Source: Clostridia bacterium (GTDB lineage: Bacteria > Bacillota > Clostridia > Oscillospirales > Ruminococcaceae). Taken from it: 27,441 nt of DNA. The DNA lies in NCBI GenBank assembly GCA_003246805.1, contig QKDG01000083.1:1-27441 (forward strand), given 5' to 3'. The position numbers and the translations under genes are program-made. Of the stretch, positions 6,924 to 17,787 are shown in pieces. The notes under the pieces are model-generated. The model was not told the origin of the DNA, did no database searches, and worked only from the letters and a program-made list of their open reading frames with translations. Positions within the stretch are counted from its first letter, which is position 1. Every line of letters starts with the position of its first letter.

Positions 6924-8537
6924 ATGATTAAAGTTTGTAAAGCAATGGTTGAATGTCTCGAAAGGGAAAACATCAAGGTCGTCTTTGGTTATCCAGGTGC
7001 GGCTATATGCCCCTTTTATGATGAACTCGAAAAATCTGATGTCCGCCATATTCTTGTAAGGCACGAGGCAAACGCCGGCCATGGAGCAAACGGCTATGCA
7101 AGGATTACCGGCAAGCCTGCTGTTTGTATCGCTACCTCAGGCCCTGGTGCAACAAATCTTATCACTGCTATTGCAACAGCATATATGGATTCTATCCCTG
7201 TTGTAATAATTACAGGGCAGGTAAACACTGACCAGATAGGGCGCGACGTTTTTCAGGAAGCTGACATAACAGGCTCAGCCGAGCCTTTTGTCAAACATAG
7301 CTATTTAGTCAGAAACAGTGAGGATATCCCCCGTATATTTAAGGATGCTTTTTATATAGCGGGGACTGGCCGCCCGGGGCCTGTTCTGATAGATATTCCC
7401 TACGATGTTCAGAATCAGATGATTGATTTTAAATATCCTGAACATTCCGAAATAAGGAGCTACAAGCCAACGGTAAAGGGCAATTCTCTACAAATAAAGA
7501 GAATAGCATCTGCACTAAATGAATCAAAAAAGCCACTTATATGTTCAGGCGGTGGAATATTTTCTGCTGATGCATGTTCTGAATTAAAGGAGCTTTCTTC
7601 TCTTTGTGAAATACCTGTTGTATCAACAATGATGGGAATTTCTGCTGTTTCTGCATGTGACCCTCTGTATTTTGGCATGATAGGAATGCATGGCGTTAAA
7701 GCTGCAAACCTTGCTATAAAAGAATGTGACCTTTTGTTGCTTATTGGCGCACGAGTAGGTGACAGGGCAATAAAATCCCCTGCTATGGTTACCGACAATA
7801 CCAAGGTTATTCACATTGATATCGACCCTGCCGAGATAGGCAAGAATGTCGATGTTAATATTCCCGTTGTTGGTGATGCCAAAATCATATTGCAACAGAT
7901 TATTAATGCTTGTAGCAAGCAAACACATACTGAATGGATAGAAAAGCTGAACACTTACAGGAACAAGCCTGTTGATGATTTGTCAAGCGACGGCTATGTA
8001 AACCCTAAAAAGGTTGTAAGCTGTTTATCCGGCAAGCTTGCCCCTGGGTCAACAATTGTAGCTGACGTTGGGCAGAATCAGATATGGACTGCAAGCAACT
8101 TTAAAGTAAAAGACGGTAGATTTTTAACATCGGGCGGAATGGGAACCATGGGATACTCTTTGGGTGCTGCTATCGGCGCAAAGCTTGCAATGCCTGAGAA
8201 TCCTGTTATAGCTATATGTGGCGATGGTTCTTTTCAGATGCAGATGATGGAGCTTGCTACTGCTGTTCAGCATAATGTTGATGTAAAGGTAATTGTAATG
8301 TCAAACAACAGGCTTGGTATGGTCCGTGAACTGCAAAAAAATGCTTATGGCAACAAGCTGACAGCTGTATTTTTAGATGGCAGCCCTGATTTTATACTTC
8401 TTGCAAAGGCTTATGGCATAAACGCAATGCGAATTAATAATGATGACGATATTGAAAAAGCAGTAAATACTCTTATTGACTCAAAGGGGCCATTCCTGCT
8501 TGAATGTGTTGTAGACCCAGAAGCCCCAACATTATAA
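6924..8537 (+). CDS. ilvB: Acetolactate synthase large subunit
   Basis: Start moved to ATG 6924, after RBS AAAGGAG; VFGYPG, RHEANAGH, TSGPGATN, TSGGMGTMGY and the ThDP motif GDGSFQM...NNRLGMV. Confidence 0.96.
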   Translation: MIKVCKAMVECLERENIKVVFGYPGAAICPFYDELEKSDVRHILVRHEANAGHGANGYARITGKPAVCIATSGPGATNLITAIATAYMDSIPVVIITGQVNTDQIGRDVFQEADITGSAEPFVKHSYLVRNSEDIPRIFKDAFYIAGTGRPGPVLIDIPYDVQNQMIDFKYPEHSEIRSYKPTVKGNSLQIKRIASALNESKKPLICSGGGIFSADACSELKELSSLCEIPVVSTMMGISAVSACDPLYFGMIGMHGVKAANLAIKECDLLLLIGARVGDRAIKSPAMVTDNTKVIHIDIDPAEIGKNVDVNIPVVGDAKIILQQIINACSKQTHTEWIEKLNTYRNKPVDDLSSDGYVNPKKVVSCLSGKLAPGSTIVADVGQNQIWTASNFKVKDGRFLTSGGMGTMGYSLGAAIGAKLAMPENPVIAICGDGSFQMQMMELATAVQHNVDVKVIVMSNNRLGMVRELQKNAYGNKLTAVFLDGSPDFILLAKAYGINAMRINNDDDIEKAVNTLIDSKGPFLLECVVDPEAPTL

Positions 8538-8553
8538 TATAAAGGAGATTTCT

Positions 8554-9051
8554 ATGAAGCATACAATTTCAGTTTTAGTGGAAAACCATGCCGGCGTGCT
8601 ATCAAGGATATCCGGCTTGTTTTCAAGACGTGGATTTAATATTGACAGCCTTGCTGTAGGTGTTACAGATGACCCTGCTATATCAAGAATAACAATTGTT
8701 GCCGAGGGGAATGAATACACCCTTGAACAGATTGAGAAGCAGCTCAACAAGCTGATAGAGGTAATCAAGGTTAAAACACTTGACCCTGATGAGCTTTTAT
8801 CAAGGGAGCTGTTGCTGATAAAAGTAAGCGTTCCCCCTGAAAAGCGCTCAGAAATTATGACAATTGCTGAAATTATGGGGGCAAAAATCATTGACTTGAC
8901 GCTAACAACCATTACCCTTGAAATTTCTGACACAAAACCGAATGTCACACGATTTGAAGAAATTTTATCCCCATACGGAATTATTGAGGTTGTTAGAACA
9001 GGTATCATAGCTATACAGAGCGGACAGGAAGCAATATCTTTTAAGAAGTAA
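8554..9051 (+). CDS. ilvN: Acetolactate synthase small (regulatory) subunit
   Basis: 165 aa; ISVLVENHAGVLSRISGLFSRRGFNIDSLAVG ACT domain; IEKQLNKLIEVIKV. Confidence 0.96.
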   Translation: MKHTISVLVENHAGVLSRISGLFSRRGFNIDSLAVGVTDDPAISRITIVAEGNEYTLEQIEKQLNKLIEVIKVKTLDPDELLSRELLLIKVSVPPEKRSEIMTIAEIMGAKIIDLTLTTITLEISDTKPNVTRFEEILSPYGIIEVVRTGIIAIQSGQEAISFKK

Positions 9052-9095
9052 GCATTTAATGTTTATATATAATTAATTTATACCCAAAAGGGTGA

Positions 9096-10109
<1,014 letters not shown>

Positions 10110-10133
10110 TTTAAAGCTTTACCTAACAAAACT

Positions 10134-10170
10134 AACCCCGTATTCTAAATAGATACGGGGTTTTTCTTTT
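10134..10170 (+). terminator. Intrinsic terminator after ilvC (probably bidirectional)
   Basis: AACCCCGTAT (10134-10143) / ATACGGGGTT (10153-10162) followed by TTTCTTTTT. Confidence 0.88.
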
Positions 10171-11339
10171 TATTTTACCTGTGCTGGTTGTTCTTCGGTT
10201 ACTGATTTTTTATTAAACATCCAAGCAGAAATTAATACTGTTGCGGGAACTGTCAGTAATATCCCAATACTACCTACAATTGCCTGAATAATTTCAACAG
10301 ATACTAATTCAAGGTTAAATAGCATCAACAGATTTCTCTTATATGCGGTGAATAATAATATTACTGCAAGCGAGCTGCCTACATAAGCAAGTATTAATGT
10401 GTTTGTCATTGTTCCGATTACATCCTTGCCTATATTCATCCCAGACTTAACCATTTTATAAAAAGACTTGTCTCGCATTTCAACAGATATCTCCGACATT
10501 GCTGATGAGATTGACATAGAAACATCCATTATAGCACCAAGTGAGCCTATTAGAATTCCACCCCAAACAACAGCTCTCAAATCAAGAGAAACATTTCCGC
10601 CCAGCATTGACAAAAACGTTGAGCTTTCATCAACAAACCCAGTTATATTGAGAATATTGTTTACTATAAATGCGAGGACCCCTGCCAATACCACACCACC
10701 AATATTACCTATTATTGCACAAAGCGTTTTTTTGTTGATTCCGCTGATTAAGGGGAAGCTCATCAGAATAATAAATAGCGAAATGATGATTGTTGAAATA
10801 TAAATATTTCTACCAGTTAAAATTGCGGGGATATATACAAGAAAAATCGCACCTATTGTGAAAATTAGAGAAACTATTGTTGCTATGCCCTTTTTCCTGC
10901 CTATTAAAATAATAAGCGCCAAAAAAATTACTGCTAAACCTATCAACCAAGGTATTCGATTATGCATTGCATAAACCCATTCGGTTTCAACCTCGTTTAA
11001 TTGTGTATACATAACAATAATTGAATCACCAGGTTTAACCTCTTTGGGGACAGGTATCAGATACTCGCTTATTTCCTGCGTCATCTCAATTGATTCGTAT
11101 TTATGAATTCCTGAGTTTACTTTTGCAACAAAAGTTATAACAGTGCTTTCAAAAAAATCGTCAGCATTATCGTTAACCTCTTTAATTGATAAAACTTTTG
11201 CTGTTGCAAAGTGTTCACCGGAATCTACCTGATACTGAAACTCGCACAATTTGTTACCCACATAAATAAATATAATTGATAATATCAAAATCACAGTAAT
11301 TATGAATACATTTATACTTCTGTTTGCTTTATTCTTCAT
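10170..11339 (-). CDS. YibE/F-family multi-pass membrane protein
   Basis: Likely ATG at 11339 (GTG 11342 possible); IGSLGAIMDVSMSISSA, GMNIGKDVIGTMTNTLILAYVGSSL and GSIGILLTVPAT are typical of the family; many TM segments. Confidence 0.85.
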   Translation of the reverse strand: MKNKANRSINVFIITVILILSIIFIYVGNKLCEFQYQVDSGEHFATAKVLSIKEVNDNADDFFESTVITFVAKVNSGIHKYESIEMTQEISEYLIPVPKEVKPGDSIIVMYTQLNEVETEWVYAMHNRIPWLIGLAVIFLALIILIGRKKGIATIVSLIFTIGAIFLVYIPAILTGRNIYISTIIISLFIILMSFPLISGINKKTLCAIIGNIGGVVLAGVLAFIVNNILNITGFVDESSTFLSMLGGNVSLDLRAVVWGGILIGSLGAIMDVSMSISSAMSEISVEMRDKSFYKMVKSGMNIGKDVIGTMTNTLILAYVGSSLAVILLFTAYKRNLLMLFNLELVSVEIIQAIVGSIGILLTVPATVLISAWMFNKKSVTEEQPAQVK

Positions 11340-11391
11340 CACATTTCCCCATCCGCTACTTTTTGAGCACAATTATCATTTTAATGAATTT

Positions 11392-11420
11392 ATCATAGCA
11401 TGCACGACTAATGATGTCAA
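11392..11420 (-). promoter_or_regulatory. Sigma-A promoter for the YibE/F gene
   Basis: Minus strand TTGACA (11415-11420), 17 bp, TATGAT (11392-11397) with extended TG. Confidence 0.75.
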
Positions 11421-11441
11421 ACACTTATTTGCTTAAAAGTC

Positions 11442-11472
11442 AAAAGAGCAGCCCCTCGGGGTTGCTCTTTTT
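11442..11472 (-). terminator. Intrinsic terminator ending the ribosomal/alpha operon
   Basis: Minus strand AAAAGAGCA-ACCCCGAGGGGC-TGCTCTTTT then GACTTTT, 15 nt after the rplQ stop. Confidence 0.85.
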
Positions 11473-11486
11473 AAGTTAAATTTAAA

Positions 11487-11828
11487 TTATACCAACTCTA
11501 TAATTGCCATCTCAGCAGCGTCACCACGACGTGGACCGATTTTTACGATTCTTGTGTATCCACCGTTACGGTCTGCGTATTTTGGTGAGATTTCATCAAA
11601 CAGCTTCTTTGCAACGTCTTCTTTTGTAACGTATGCAAGAACCTGACGCTTGGAGTGCAGGTCATTTACTTTACCGATAGTAATCATTTTCTCGGTCATA
11701 GCACTAACCTCTTTGGCTCTTGTTACAGTTGTTTCAATCTTACCTTTTTCAAGCAGAAAAGTTACCATAGCTCTAAGCATTGCTTTTCTATGGTCGGTTG
11801 TTCTGCCTAACTTTCTTGTGCCTGGCAT
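11487..11828 (-). CDS. rplQ: 50S ribosomal protein L17
   Basis: [41 protein letters not shown]. Confidence 0.98.
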   Translation of the reverse strand: MPGTRKLGRTTDHRKAMLRAMVTFLLEKGKIETTVTRAKEVSAMTEKMITIGKVNDLHSKRQVLAYVTKEDVAKKLFDEISPKYADRNGGYTRIVKIGPRRGDAAEMAIIELV

Positions 11829-11858
11829 AGATATTCACTCCTTACCTTTGGTTTTTCG

Positions 11859-12812
11859 TTATTCCTCTTCTCGTATTAGATCAAAACCCAAAGAATTAAG
11901 CTTTTCTCTAACCTCGTCAAACGACTTCTTTCCGAGGTTTCTTACCTTCATCATTTCTTCTTCTGACTTTTCAATCAGATCATTTACTGTGTTGATTCCC
12001 GCACGCTTTAAGCAATTAAATGAACGCACAGATAAGTCAAGTTCCTCAATGGTCATCTCTAATATTTTTTCTTTTCCCTTGTCATCCTTTTCAACCATTA
12101 GCGTATCAGCAACAGGCTCGTCTGAAAGGTCGATAAACAAATTTAGGTGCTCGTTGAGGAGTTTGGCTGCCAATGACAATGCTTCCTTTGCGGATACTGT
12201 ACCATCAGTCCAGACCTCGATAGTCAGCTTGTCATAGTCGGTAATCTGCCCTACACGAGTGTTTTCTACTGTGTAGTTCACCTTTAATACTGGCGTATAT
12301 ATACTGTCCACAGCTATAACACCGATGGAAGATTGTATATACTGTTTATTTTTTTCAGCAGGAACATAACCACGACCGCGGTCGATAGTTACTTCCATAT
12401 ACAATTTTGCACCTGCGCCCAATGTAGCTATGTGCATTTCTGGGTTTAATATGTCAACCTCGGAATCTGTTTTTATATCGCCAGCACAAACTTCACATTC
12501 GCCCTCTGATTCGATATAAATTGTCTTTGGTCCATCCCCATACATTTTTGCTGTCAAGCCCTTAAGATTAAGGATAATTTCAGTTACATCCTCCTTAACC
12601 CCAGGAATTGTAGATAATTCGTGGTGAATTCCGTCAATCTTAACTGAAATAACGGCAACACCTGGTAGCGAGGAGAGCAGTACTCTTCTTAGGCTATTGC
12701 CAAGAGTTGTACCATAGCCGCGCTCTAGTGGCTCAAGAACAAATTTTCCATAGGTTCCGTTACTTTTAAGCTCGACTGTTTCGATTTCTGGCTTTTCAAT
12801 TTTCTCAAGCAT
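11859..12812 (-). CDS. rpoA: RNA polymerase alpha subunit
   Basis: [25 protein letters not shown]; alpha-[30 protein letters not shown]. Confidence 0.99.
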   Translation of the reverse strand: MLEKIEKPEIETVELKSNGTYGKFVLEPLERGYGTTLGNSLRRVLLSSLPGVAVISVKIDGIHHELSTIPGVKEDVTEIILNLKGLTAKMYGDGPKTIYIESEGECEVCAGDIKTDSEVDILNPEMHIATLGAGAKLYMEVTIDRGRGYVPAEKNKQYIQSSIGVIAVDSIYTPVLKVNYTVENTRVGQITDYDKLTIEVWTDGTVSAKEALSLAAKLLNEHLNLFIDLSDEPVADTLMVEKDDKGKEKILEMTIEELDLSVRSFNCLKRAGINTVNDLIEKSEEEMMKVRNLGKKSFDEVREKLNSLGFDLIREEE

Positions 12813-12918
12813 TTAAACCCCTCCTATTTCGCAATTACATTAAATTACCCGGATTTACCATCATATTTTATGCATAATACTGCAAAAGAAAACAATATAA
12901 ATCCTTTTGGTATTATGA

Positions 12919-13515
12919 CTATTTTGAATAAAGCTCTACGATTAGAGTTTCTTCAACTTCAAAATCGATATCACTGCGGTTTGGCATACGGATAACCTTT
13001 GCAGATGATGCTTCTTTATCCATATCTAACCACAAAGGAATAACTCTTCCCTTTGTTGTCTCAATAACCTCTTTGAATTTAACGCTTTTTTTGCTACTGT
13101 CTTTAAGGGTTATAACATCGCCTTCTTTTACTCTGTATGAAGGAATGTTAACCTTTGAGCCGTTTACCAAAAAGTGACTATGAACAACTAATTGCCTTGC
13201 TTCACGACGGGTAAGTGAAAGACCCATTCTGAAAACTACATTATCAAGTCTTGATTCCAAGAAAGATAAAAGGTTTTCACCAGCCTGGCCCTCAGCTTTT
13301 TCAGCTAACTCAAATAGGTGATAGAATTGTTTTTCTAATACACCATATATAAATTTAACCTTTTGCTTTTCCCTTAGTTGAAGTCCGTATTCAGAAAGCT
13401 TCTTTCTTTTGTTGGCGCCAGGGTTTCTCTTTGTTTCCTTAGCGATACCCATTACCATCGGACTAATTCCTAAAGATTTACATTTCTTTAAAATAGGTTC
13501 CTTATTTACAGCCAT
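12919..13515 (-). CDS. rpsD: 30S ribosomal protein S4
   Basis: [46 protein letters not shown]; canonical position between rpsK and rpoA. Confidence 0.97.
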   Translation of the reverse strand: MAVNKEPILKKCKSLGISPMVMGIAKETKRNPGANKRKKLSEYGLQLREKQKVKFIYGVLEKQFYHLFELAEKAEGQAGENLLSFLESRLDNVVFRMGLSLTRREARQLVVHSHFLVNGSKVNIPSYRVKEGDVITLKDSSKKSVKFKEVIETTKGRVIPLWLDMDKEASSAKVIRMPNRSDIDFEVEETLIVELYSK

Positions 13516-13536
13516 TTGTACACCTCCTACTAATAA

Positions 13537-13938
13537 TTAGACACGTCTTCTTTTTGGAGGACGACATCCGTTATGAGGAATAGGAGTTACATCCTTGATA
13601 AGTCTTACTTCTAAATCCTCTGATTGTAATGCTCTGATTGCTGCTTCACGGCCAGAACCAGGGCCCTTTACAAAAACTTCAACGGTTTTAAGCCCGTGTT
13701 CCTTTGCAGCCTTAGCAGCTGTTTCTGCTGCTGTCTGTGCAGCAAAAGGAGTTGACTTCTTTGAACCTCTGAATCCAAGTCCGCCAGCACTTGCCCAGGA
13801 AATTGTGTTCCCTTGTGAATCAGTAATTGTAACAATTGTGTTGTTGAAAGTGGACTGGATATGAACTGCTCCCACTTCAATATTCTTTTTCTCACGACGA
13901 CGTCTGACAGTCTTCTTCGCTTGTTGTTTTTGAGCCAT
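13537..13938 (-). CDS. rpsK: 30S ribosomal protein S11
   Basis: [47 protein letters not shown]. Confidence 0.99.
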   Translation of the reverse strand: MAQKQQAKKTVRRRREKKNIEVGAVHIQSTFNNTIVTITDSQGNTISWASAGGLGFRGSKKSTPFAAQTAAETAAKAAKEHGLKTVEVFVKGPGSGREAAIRALQSEDLEVRLIKDVTPIPHNGCRPPKRRRV

Positions 13939-13950
13939 GTTCTATCCCCC

Positions 13951-14319
13951 TTACTTCTTCTTGTTTGCGATTGTCTTAACAGGACCCTTACGTGTTCTTG
14001 CGTTTGTCTTTGTTCTTTGTCCCCTTACAGGTAGACCTTTACGATGACGAACACCACGATAGCATCCAATTTCGATTAGTCTCTTGATGTTAAGTGCTAC
14101 GTTTCTGCGTAGGTCACCTTCCACCATAATATTTTTATCAATATATTCACGTAGTTTTGCAACATCATCTTCAGTTAAATCTTTAACTCTGATATCAGGA
14201 TTTACTCCTGTACCTTCAAGAATTTTTGTCGCAGTTCTTTGACCGATTCCATAGATATAAGTAAGTCCTATTTCAACTCTCTTATTCTTAGGTAAGTCTA
14301 TACCAGCAATACGTGCCAT
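13951..14319 (-). CDS. rpsM: 30S ribosomal protein S13
   Basis: [36 protein letters not shown]. Confidence 0.99.
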   Translation of the reverse strand: MARIAGIDLPKNKRVEIGLTYIYGIGQRTATKILEGTGVNPDIRVKDLTEDDVAKLREYIDKNIMVEGDLRRNVALNIKRLIEIGCYRGVRHRKGLPVRGQRTKTNARTRKGPVKTIANKKK

Positions 14320-14349
14320 TTTTTAGCTGCACCTCCATTTATAGGTCTG

Positions 14350-14463
14350 TTAGCCCTGACGTTGTTTATGCTTAGGGTTCTGACAAATTACCATTATTTT
14401 GCCTTTGCGCTTAATAACCTTGCATTTTTCGCAGATTGGCTTAACCGAAGGTCTTACTTTCAT
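14350..14463 (-). CDS. rpmJ: 50S ribosomal protein L36 (zinc-binding C+ form), below the ORF-track size cutoff
   Basis: Manual translation [37 protein letters not shown] (37 aa); RBS AGGAGGT. Confidence 0.98.
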   Translation of the reverse strand: MKVRPSVKPICEKCKVIKRKGKIMVICQNPKHKQRQG

Positions 14464-14537
14464 TGAAATACCTCCTATTCATTCGCAACAAATTGTTGCC
14501 AGTGTTTCCACTAATTACAATTATTTATACCTGCACC

Positions 14538-14756
14538 TTATTTCGCACGCCAGGTAATTCTGCCTTTTGTGAGGTCATAAGGTGACATCTCAACCGTTAC
14601 CTTGTCACCAGGAACAATACGAATATAATTCATTCTTAATTTTCCTGAAACATGGGCAAGAATTTTATGACCGTTAGCAAGTTCAACCTGAAACATAGCA
14701 TTAGGTAATGCCTCTAAAACGGTTCCTTCAAGTTCAATTACATCTTCTTTTGACAA
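14538..14756 (-). CDS. infA: Translation initiation factor IF-1
   Basis: TTG start; [44 protein letters not shown]. Confidence 0.98.
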   Translation of the reverse strand: MSKEDVIELEGTVLEALPNAMFQVELANGHKILAHVSGKLRMNYIRIVPGDKVTVEMSPYDLTKGRITWRAK

Positions 14757-14817
14757 GAATACTACCTCCCCAGATTGGTACGGTCAGCTTTATAAGTTTT
14801 GGATAAAATTTCAATAA

Positions 14818-15060
14818 TTATTCATTTATATCTAAACTTGATAAAAGCTTTCTTAGTTTTTTGTTTGTTAACTCTTCTGTGCTGATTATCACTGCTGTTG
14901 CACTGACATGCTTTACATTCTTCCGCTTTGGATATTCAAGCTTTCGCCTTTTACCATCAGCCAGATAAACATTGCTTCCCTCTGCCCTTAAAACAACGGC
15001 ATAGGTGTTTTTGTCGTGCCCTGCCAATGATTTTACAACACAGCCTGAAAGAACATTCAC
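14818..15060 (-). CDS. KOW-domain RNA-binding protein (L14e-like)
   Basis: 80 aa, GTG start; VKSLAGHDK, VYLADGKRRKLEYPKRKNVKHV; typical Firmicute position between map and infA. Confidence 0.85.
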   Translation of the reverse strand: MNVLSGCVVKSLAGHDKNTYAVVLRAEGSNVYLADGKRRKLEYPKRKNVKHVSATAVIISTEELTNKKLRKLLSSLDINE

Positions 15061-15073
15061 AATACGCCCTCCC

Positions 15074-15820
15074 TTACGGTGATGTTAAAATTACCGCGCC
15101 GTCAGCCGTGATTGCAATTGTATGCTCAAAATGAGCAGATAGTGAAGAATCCTTTGTCTTTACGGTCCATTTATCTGGCAGTACATATACACTTTCTGTT
15201 CCCTGATTAATCATAGGCTCAATGGCTATAACCATTCCCTCGACCAATCTTGGCCCCCTGCCTGCTGTGCCATAGTTTGGCACCTCCGGCTCCTCATGCA
15301 AATCCTTACCGATACCGTGTCCTACGAATTGCTTGACTACCGAAAAGCCGCGCTTTTCGTTGTATTCCTGAACAGCACTTGATAAATCGCCTATTCTCAC
15401 ACCAGGCTTTGCAAGCCCGATTGCTACATATAAGCTTTCCTCAGTTGCTGCCATCAGGGCTTTTGCCTCTTGTGAAATCTCACCCACAGCAAAAGTTCTG
15501 GCTGAGTCTCCGTGGTAGCCATCAATATATGCCCCCACGTCAACGCTTACAATGTCGCCCTCCAAAATCTTTCGTGGCCCCGGTATGCCGTGAATTACTT
15601 CATCATTAATGGAAATGCAGGCGCTTGCCGGGAATCCGCCGTATCCTAAAAAGGATGGAATCGCACCCTTTGAAGTAATAAACCTGTGAATGATTTTGTC
15701 GAGCTGATATGTTGTCATGCCAGGAGTGATTGACTCACCAGCCAGTTGCAGCGCCTGAGCAGTTATCCTGCCCGCTATCTGCATTTTAGCAATTTCCTTG
15801 CTGGATTTTACGATAATCAT
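15074..15820 (-). CDS. map: Methionine aminopeptidase type I
   Basis: SINDEVIHGIP, DGYHGDSART, GHGIG..HEEPEV, IEPMIN, AHFEHT. Confidence 0.98.
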   Translation of the reverse strand: MIIVKSSKEIAKMQIAGRITAQALQLAGESITPGMTTYQLDKIIHRFITSKGAIPSFLGYGGFPASACISINDEVIHGIPGPRKILEGDIVSVDVGAYIDGYHGDSARTFAVGEISQEAKALMAATEESLYVAIGLAKPGVRIGDLSSAVQEYNEKRGFSVVKQFVGHGIGKDLHEEPEVPNYGTAGRGPRLVEGMVIAIEPMINQGTESVYVLPDKWTVKTKDSSLSAHFEHTIAITADGAVILTSP

Positions 15821-15821
15821 T

Positions 15822-16454
15822 TTACGCCTCGATTGCTTTTAAAGTCAGTTTAGAAGTTTCAGCTACTTCCTCCTGCCCTTCAACCGTAACAAGCTTGCCT
15901 TGATTTTCATAATATCCTTTTAAGGGAGCAGTCTGCTCATGATACACGTTTAAACGTGCTAAAACAGTAGCTGGTTCATCATCTTTTCTGATTACAGTGC
16001 TTGCGTTGCAAACATCACAAATGCCTTCTGCCTTTGATGGCTTGAATTCAGTATGATAAGAAGCACCGCATTTTTCACAGACACGTCTTCCTGACAAACG
16101 CTTCTGAATTGTTTCGTCAGCCACATAAATCTCGATAACCTTATCGATTTTTACGCCCATTTTGTCAAGAGCCTCAGCCTGTGGTACGGTTCTTGGAAAT
16201 CCATCTAAAATGAATCCATTCTGGCAGTCATCCTTTGTAAGTCTTTCCTTGATGATATCAATTACTACTTCATCGGGAACAAGCTTTCCCTCATCCATGT
16301 ATGACTTTGCTTTAAGCCCTGTTTCAGTCCCGTTTTTCAACGCTTCACGAATAATGTTACCTGTCGAAATTGCAGGGATATTAAGAGCATTGCAGATAAC
16401 CTCTGCCTGTGTGCCTTTTCCTGCACCAGGGGCACCTAATAAAATCAAATTCAT
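15822..16454 (-). CDS. adk: Adenylate kinase (4-Cys zinc LID)
   Basis: GAPGAGKGT P-loop, DGFPRT, LID CEKC...CDVC. Confidence 0.98.
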   Translation of the reverse strand: MNLILLGAPGAGKGTQAEVICNALNIPAISTGNIIREALKNGTETGLKAKSYMDEGKLVPDEVVIDIIKERLTKDDCQNGFILDGFPRTVPQAEALDKMGVKIDKVIEIYVADETIQKRLSGRRVCEKCGASYHTEFKPSKAEGICDVCNASTVIRKDDEPATVLARLNVYHEQTAPLKGYYENQGKLVTVEGQEEVAETSKLTLKAIEA

Positions 16455-16469
16455 ATCATATCTCCTTTA

Positions 16470-17786
16470 TTATTCAAGAAAGCCTTTGTGATGTCTCATC
16501 ATCATCTGTGATTCAAGTGTTCTAACTGTTTCGAGTGCAACACCAACTACGATAAGTATTGATGTACCACCCATAGCAACCTGAATACCTGTTGCCATCT
16601 GGAAGAATATCGGGAAAATAGCTATAACGCCTAGGAAGAACGCACCAACAAGAGTAATCTTTGATAAAACCCTCTTGATGAAATCTGATGTCGGTCTGCC
16701 CGGTCTTATTCCAGGAATACCACCATTGTTCTGACGTAAATCATTTGCTATCTGAATTGGGTTATACTGCATTGATACATAGAAATAATTGAACCCTATA
16801 ATCAACAGGAAGTATAGCAGAGCATAAAACCAGCTTGTATAACGGAATAAGTTTATAAATCCGGCATATAAGTTCTCCCAAAAGCCCTCAGGTGAGGTGG
16901 ACGCAGGCCAGAAGAATGATAATGTTTGTGGTATCGCCATAAATGACATCGCGAAGATAATCGGCATTACACCACTCATAGCAACCTTAATCGGGATGTT
17001 TGTGTTTTGCCCGCCATACATTTTCCTTCCCACAACACGTTTAGCGTACTGGATAGGTATACGGCGTTCTGAGTTGTTCATCAATATTATGAATCCAATC
17101 ATCAATATGAAAATGATAAAGACAATCGGCACATAAATTGCATTCTTGATATCAAGCTGGATACTGTTAATTAAACTTAGTATTGCAGATGGTCCCCTTG
17201 CAACGATACCAGCAAACAATATAATTGATATACCGTTTCCTATACCATGCTCAGTAATCTGTTCGCCAAGCCACTGGATAAGTGATGCACCTGCTGTAAA
17301 GCACAATACAATTACTACCGCAACAAATATATTCTCCATTGTTGTTGAATATTTTGTTACCGAGCCACTTCTGTCAAGTGTATAATAGTATGCAACTGAT
17401 AATATAACAGCTATCACAAGAGATACATATCTTGTGATTCTGTTTAGCTTCTTTCTTCCCTCAGGGCCTTCTTTTGTTAGCCTTTCAAGAGGAGGAAGCG
17501 CATAGGATAAAAGCTGTACGATAATTGAAGCATTGATATATGGTGTTACAGATAATGCGAATATTGTTGAATTTGAGAATGAACCACCTGATATAATATC
17601 AAGATAGTTTAAAAACCCGCCTCCGCCATTTTCACTCAGCATTGTCTGCAAAGCAGTAGGGTCCAAAAACGGTACTGCAATGGCAACACCAAGCCTGAAG
17701 ATAATAATAATGAATAATGTGAATAGTAGTTTCTTTCTAAGTTCCTGCACTTTCCATGCGTTAACGAATGTCTGTACGATATTCAC
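16470..17786 (-). CDS. secY: Preprotein translocase subunit SecY
   Basis: GTG start; SIFALSVTPYINASIIVQLL, WLGEQITEHGIGNGISIILFAGI, GIPGIRPG, GGTSILIVVGVALET. Confidence 0.98.
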   Translation of the reverse strand: MNIVQTFVNAWKVQELRKKLLFTLFIIIIFRLGVAIAVPFLDPTALQTMLSENGGGGFLNYLDIISGGSFSNSTIFALSVTPYINASIIVQLLSYALPPLERLTKEGPEGRKKLNRITRYVSLVIAVILSVAYYYTLDRSGSVTKYSTTMENIFVAVVIVLCFTAGASLIQWLGEQITEHGIGNGISIILFAGIVARGPSAILSLINSIQLDIKNAIYVPIVFIIFILMIGFIILMNNSERRIPIQYAKRVVGRKMYGGQNTNIPIKVAMSGVMPIIFAMSFMAIPQTLSFFWPASTSPEGFWENLYAGFINLFRYTSWFYALLYFLLIIGFNYFYVSMQYNPIQIANDLRQNNGGIPGIRPGRPTSDFIKRVLSKITLVGAFFLGVIAIFPIFFQMATGIQVAMGGTSILIVVGVALETVRTLESQMMMRHHKGFLE

Positions 17787-17787
17787 A

